This document shows positions 60,434-64,000 of a stretch of 64,000 bases of DNA, piece by piece. A program made the position numbers and the translations under genes. Origin of the DNA: an uncultured Verrucomicrobiae bacterium (GTDB lineage: Bacteria > Verrucomicrobiota > Verrucomicrobiia > Chthoniobacterales > JAFAMB01); the NCBI GenBank assembly GCA_963837955.1, contig CAWIPH010000001.1, positions 32,001 to 96,000 of the forward strand, in the 5' to 3' direction. Position 1 is the first letter of the stretch. Each line of letters starts with the position of its first letter. Under the pieces are notes generated by a model. It saw only the letters and a list, made by a program, of their open reading frames with translations, did no database searches and was not told where the DNA came from.

Positions 60434-61555
60434 TTATTTCAGTGGCAATCGATATACACCAAATGGCTCGGAAATCTTGCTCACTCCGTGATTAAAACGT
60501 GGCATCAAGTGAATCTGTGAGTTGGTCACATAAAGGGAGCCGTCTGGCCCAAAACTCAACGTGTCAGGCCATTTTAGCCTTGCGTCTTTCGTCACTACTT
60601 CCAGCTGCTTGGTGGCTAAATTAGTCCGCACGATGGCGTCCTGTTCGATTGCGGTGGAGTAAATAAATCCGTTGCGAAACGCCAGTCCGTCGGCAGCCGG
60701 AACGGTCGCGACCGTCTCGATGCCTTTGGAGAGATCGGCATCGGTCAGATTGATGTTTTCAAGATCCCGGACCGGAATTCGGTAAAGAGTGCGTCCAGTC
60801 AACGCTTGATAATAAATGAAGCCGCCTTCCTTATCGTAGGCGATTCCATCCGAATGAATCTGCACTGGTTCTCCGCTCTTCGGGTCGATAAGCTTAACGC
60901 CTTCTATGTTGAGGGTGACCGATGGTTCGCCTTTCGTTGAGGGATGATTCTGCAGCACTCGACGGGATTGCCCGTTTTTTAGATCGACGACAACAAGTCC
61001 GCCGATGCCAGAATCGGTGACAAATGCGAACCCGTTCTGCGTGTCAATCCGCACATCGTTGAGATAGCTCTTCTTCGGCGCAACCGAGTCCGGGAATACA
61101 ATGTCCCGAACGACTTTGTTGGTCTTCAGATCGATCTTTACGAGTTTTGCGCCTCCCGAAACAACACCTTCGAATTTAACGGAGGCGGGATCAAGGACCC
61201 AGAGCGCGCCTTGGTCGTCCGCCACGACGCTTTGGACACAGACGAAGCGCCGATCGACCGGACCTTCACTCGAGTTCCAATTTTCATCAGGATACGGGGC
61301 CAACCCACTCTTCTCGTTCAGCTCAGCAACTGAAAGCGAATGACCGTCTGACCAATACGGAAAGTTGACAAAGATGCGCCCGTCTGACGCTACGGTAATC
61401 CCAGTAACTTGCTGAGCAGGAAAACCCGCGACCAGCTGAAGGTTCGGATCCTGTTGAGCGTTGGCAGGTAGGATGAGAAGAAGAAACATTAGCGACGCGA
61501 GTTTGTGCGGGACAGCTCGTGACGGCCGAAGGTAAGGAGTTAGTATCATTTTCAT
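60434..61555 (-). CDS. Major royal jelly / L-dopachrome tautomerase-related beta-propeller
   Basis: TGITVASDGRIFVNFP, VCVQSV, LWVLD, SYLNDVRID, SDGIA, WPDT. Confidence 0.88.
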   Translation of the reverse strand: MKMILTPYLRPSRAVPHKLASLMFLLLILPANAQQDPNLQLVAGFPAQQVTGITVASDGRIFVNFPYWSDGHSLSVAELNEKSGLAPYPDENWNSSEGPVDRRFVCVQSVVADDQGALWVLDPASVKFEGVVSGGAKLVKIDLKTNKVVRDIVFPDSVAPKKSYLNDVRIDTQNGFAFVTDSGIGGLVVVDLKNGQSRRVLQNHPSTKGEPSVTLNIEGVKLIDPKSGEPVQIHSDGIAYDKEGGFIYYQALTGRTLYRIPVRDLENINLTDADLSKGIETVATVPAADGLAFRNGFIYSTAIEQDAIVRTNLATKQLEVVTKDARLKWPDTLSFGPDGSLYVTNSQIHLMPRFNHGVSKISEPFGVYRLPLK

Positions 61556-61605
61556 ATAAAACAATCCGCTGGTTTCGTACTCAGCGAACGGCGGGCGGAC
61601 GCTTC

Positions 61606-61643
61606 GGTAGGGACGCGCTCCCGCGCGTCCGTCGGTCTCTACC
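61606..61643. repeat. GGTAG-type REP-like palindrome
   Basis: GGTAGGGACGCGCTCCCGCGCGTCC...CTCTACC. Confidence 0.55.
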
Positions 61644-61649
61644 GCCGAT

Positions 61650-62600
61650 TCACTCGATCGGTTGCGGCACTTTGAGTGGCGGCAAGGTTTTGTGGAGAAA
61701 ACGGCGCTCGCACTCGAGCCATTCCGGGAGTTGCAGCTTTGATCCGAGCGATTCGCGCGGTTCGTCAACGGTAAATCCAGGAGGATCAGTAGCGATTTCG
61801 AATAATACTTCACCCGGTTCACGAAAATAAACGGAACGAAAATATTTTCGATCTCGCACCGGAGTCACACCAATCCCAGCGTTACTTAGCTTCGACTGCC
61901 AGGCCAATTGTTCATCGTCATTTGCGACCCGCCACGCGACATGATGAACCGTTCCCGGCCCGATCGTTCCGGGCTGGCGACGACCGAGCGCGACGACCTC
62001 AATAAAGCCGACCTTTTCCGTCTCACCAAGAACGAACAAGGCTGAGGCGTCGGCTGTTGCTTGTAGACTTGCGCCCAGGCGGTCAGCAAAGAATCGAAGA
62101 GAGTCCGTGCCAGCGACCACCGACATGGTGATGCCGAACAACCCCCGAATCGCGAATGATTCTGGTATTCCCCCGCCCTTCCAAAATGCGAACGGTCTCG
62201 GGGTGGGATCTTCCACAATTTCGAGCTTCATTCCATCCCGATCGTTGAATTCCAACCGAGTGAAATTCCAGCGGTGGACAGGGGGCGAAACCTCGACAGA
62301 ACGCTTCTGCAGATATTCCTGCCAAAAAGGGAGCGAGCCCATAGGTACTGCAAAACTGACGCTAGCTATCTGACCGGTTCCGGCCGTTCCTCTAAAATTC
62401 TGGGCCAAAGGGAAAAAAGTCAGAATGGTTCCGGGAGAACCGACGGCATCACCGTAATAAAGATGATACGTATTCGGGTCGTCGAAATTGACAGTGAGCT
62501 TGACCAGACGGAAGCCAAGGATGCCGCAATAAAAATCGACGTTCGTTTGAGGGTCACCTGCCATTGCGGTGACGTGGTGAATTCCTTTCAGTGACTCCAT
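61650..62600 (-). CDS. Ring-cleaving dioxygenase (MhqO-like VOC)
   Basis: GIHHVTA, KLTVNFDDP, YHLYYGD, GTVHHVAWR, DRKYFRSVYFREPG..FEIATDPPGF. Confidence 0.92.
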   Translation of the reverse strand: MESLKGIHHVTAMAGDPQTNVDFYCGILGFRLVKLTVNFDDPNTYHLYYGDAVGSPGTILTFFPLAQNFRGTAGTGQIASVSFAVPMGSLPFWQEYLQKRSVEVSPPVHRWNFTRLEFNDRDGMKLEIVEDPTPRPFAFWKGGGIPESFAIRGLFGITMSVVAGTDSLRFFADRLGASLQATADASALFVLGETEKVGFIEVVALGRRQPGTIGPGTVHHVAWRVANDDEQLAWQSKLSNAGIGVTPVRDRKYFRSVYFREPGEVLFEIATDPPGFTVDEPRESLGSKLQLPEWLECERRFLHKTLPPLKVPQPIE

Positions 62601-62687
62601 AACGAAGAGGTGCCTGTCTGCGCCTTTTCTCTCGTTCAAGCAGCACAATAATCAAGAGTAGCCTGATCCCGCCGTGGAACCAGGAAA

Positions 62688-62952
62688 GTAGCCTGATCCT
62701 CCCTCCTTCGTTCCCCCAAAACCCACAAACTACGGCGGGCAAGCCAGGCTCAGGAGGGTACAGCGTGCAAGAGGTGAGAAGTGATTGGTGATTAGTGAGA
62801 GAAGGCGGTGGGAGACTTCTCCGAGGATTTGCCGATAGGCATCCACCATTCACCAATCACTTCTCACTCTCACAATCTCTGGAGTCCTGAGGCTGGCTTG
62901 CCCGCCGTAGTTTGTGGGTTTTGGGGGAACGAAGGAGGGAGCATCGGGCTAC
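62688..62952. repeat. GTAGCCTGA-family REP doublet with an identical 43-bp insert in each arm and a central heptamer-armed core
   Basis: Inserts at 62703-62745 and 62895-62937 are exact reverse complements; core at about 62771-62877. Confidence 0.88.
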
Positions 62953-62958
62953 AAAGCG

Positions 62959-63678
62959 TCAGTTACCGAACGAAAATAAATTCCACCTTTTTTTCTCGTC
63001 CGAGCTGGAAAGTTTCGCCACGAGAGTGTTGTGGAATGGCGCTTTCGCCGGGACTCCTTGGAATGTCGGCATCACGTAGGTATTCATCGCGACGCTCACG
63101 ATATCGCGAGACATCTTCAGGCGCCGATGCGTGTTCACGAACGTCGTTGGATCTTGGTAGTTGTTGAAATCGCGGGTGAAGGCGGTATGCACAACGCCAA
63201 TTGTGAGATTTTTGTGCACTTCGAAATGCAGATGGGGCGGATAAAGTCCGTGGGCATTACCAATCGTACCGATCTGTTGTCCTTTGCTGACGGGCTGACC
63301 TTCAGCGACCAAAATCTTATCTAAGTGCCCGTAGAGCGAGTCGACGAACTTGATCTGACCACCTTCAATATAGGCGTGTCGGACTACAACCACGTTGCCC
63401 CATGCCCGCCGGAAGTCGCGAGCGAGCGTTACTACGCCAATTCCGATTGAGCTAACCGGCTTCTGATAAGCAACGCCTGGACCAGCAGCGCTAACCCAAT
63501 CCTCACCGAGATGACCAACAATGGAAAACCCGCGAGACTTACAATACCCGTCTGCATTTGGGCCTCCTACCGGAAAGTCAAACCCGTCAGCAATCCGGGT
63601 AGCAGAAGTATTTGAATCGCAAAGTGCGGAAGTGACGAAGGCGAAAGCGAGTCCAATCGCAAGCAACAACCTGGACAT
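62959..63678 (-). CDS. M23 family metallopeptidase (secreted)
   Basis: ADGFDFPVG, HLGEDW, WGNVVVVRH, LYGHL, HLHFEV. Confidence 0.9.
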   Translation of the reverse strand: MSRLLLAIGLAFAFVTSALCDSNTSATRIADGFDFPVGGPNADGYCKSRGFSIVGHLGEDWVSAAGPGVAYQKPVSSIGIGVVTLARDFRRAWGNVVVVRHAYIEGGQIKFVDSLYGHLDKILVAEGQPVSKGQQIGTIGNAHGLYPPHLHFEVHKNLTIGVVHTAFTRDFNNYQDPTTFVNTHRRLKMSRDIVSVAMNTYVMPTFQGVPAKAPFHNTLVAKLSSSDEKKRWNLFSFGN

Positions 63679-63915
63679 GCCGCAAGGTTTTAGACGTGAA
63701 TCCAGCAGATCGCAAGTCGCAAAAGCAAATTTGCGACAATTTTTAAATTTTGAGACTTACGGAGTTTTTTAGAAGGATGACAATCCTCGACTCAGTTGGA
63801 TTTCATCATTTCCTCGAATCCGCTCTCGAGTTTGGCTTTGCGTCCAGCGCCAAGCGATCCGGCTCGAGCAGGCTTTAGAGTTGCGCTATCGGCCCTTCAG
63901 CGGAAGCCGCTCCCT

Positions 63916-64000
63916 TTAGGCGTTAGTATCGGTTAGCCGTTTGCCGTCCACACTGAGCGGATTATCGCTGGTGTCGAGGCGTGGGTAGAGTTCCACACGC
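63916..64000 (-). CDS. Probable 3' end of a CDS entering from the right edge
   Basis: Open frame RVELYPRLDTSDNPLSVDGKRLTDTNA-stop. Confidence 0.35.
   Translation of the reverse strand, partial: RVELYPRLDTSDNPLSVDGKRLTDTNA

Noticed and set aside
63800..63900. c-di-GMP-I riboswitch upstream of the M23 gene (GGACGCAAAGCC on the minus strand, 63834-63845)
   Set aside because: The upstream GGCAAA / GNRA-tetraloop P2 stem is not evident. An Infernal scan with the Rfam c-di-GMP-I model would settle it.
1..64000. tRNA, rRNA, integrase or prophage, defence system, reverse transcriptase
   Set aside because: No recognisable sequence or protein motifs were found by eye. Short structured RNAs could have been missed without covariance-model searches.

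Overview
This is a gene-dense bacterial chromosomal segment. Its gene style and intergenic repeats resemble a soil Verrucomicrobia (Chthoniobacterales-like) genome, which is an inference. It carries about 55 mostly housekeeping or accessory CDSs: sugar epimerase, HAD, TetR/PNPOx, GH1, L,D-transpeptidase, rhomboid, debranching enzyme plus GT4, a GT-C/GtrII/SGNH/MBOAT surface-modification cluster, TrhO-MgtC, GreA-like, NudC, M20, upp, POT transporter, hybrid kinase, MmsA, CapA-like fusion, M48 and M23. No rRNA, tRNA, CRISPR array or prophage was recognised. Five observations stand out. (1) A GH1 glycosidase with intact catalytic motifs has its barrel interrupted by what reads as a circularly permuted family-3 solute-binding domain, making it a candidate natural ligand-gated enzyme. 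(2) Small repeats are nested inside one another: two apparently identical IS1182-family copies sit in the same hairpin of a REP-like inverted-repeat element and have non-matching flanks, an identical 43-bp mini-element occupies both arms of another REP doublet, and a heptamer-armed core element is present three times. (3) Two polar inverted 9-bp tandem-array cassettes start just after stop codons. (4) A secreted arginase-fold + NlpC/P60-like + CapA tri-domain protein is encoded. (5) An unannotated 26-aa leader ORF is followed by a structured spacer. Two genes appear frameshifted. All family assignments come from motif recognition by eye, not from database searches.
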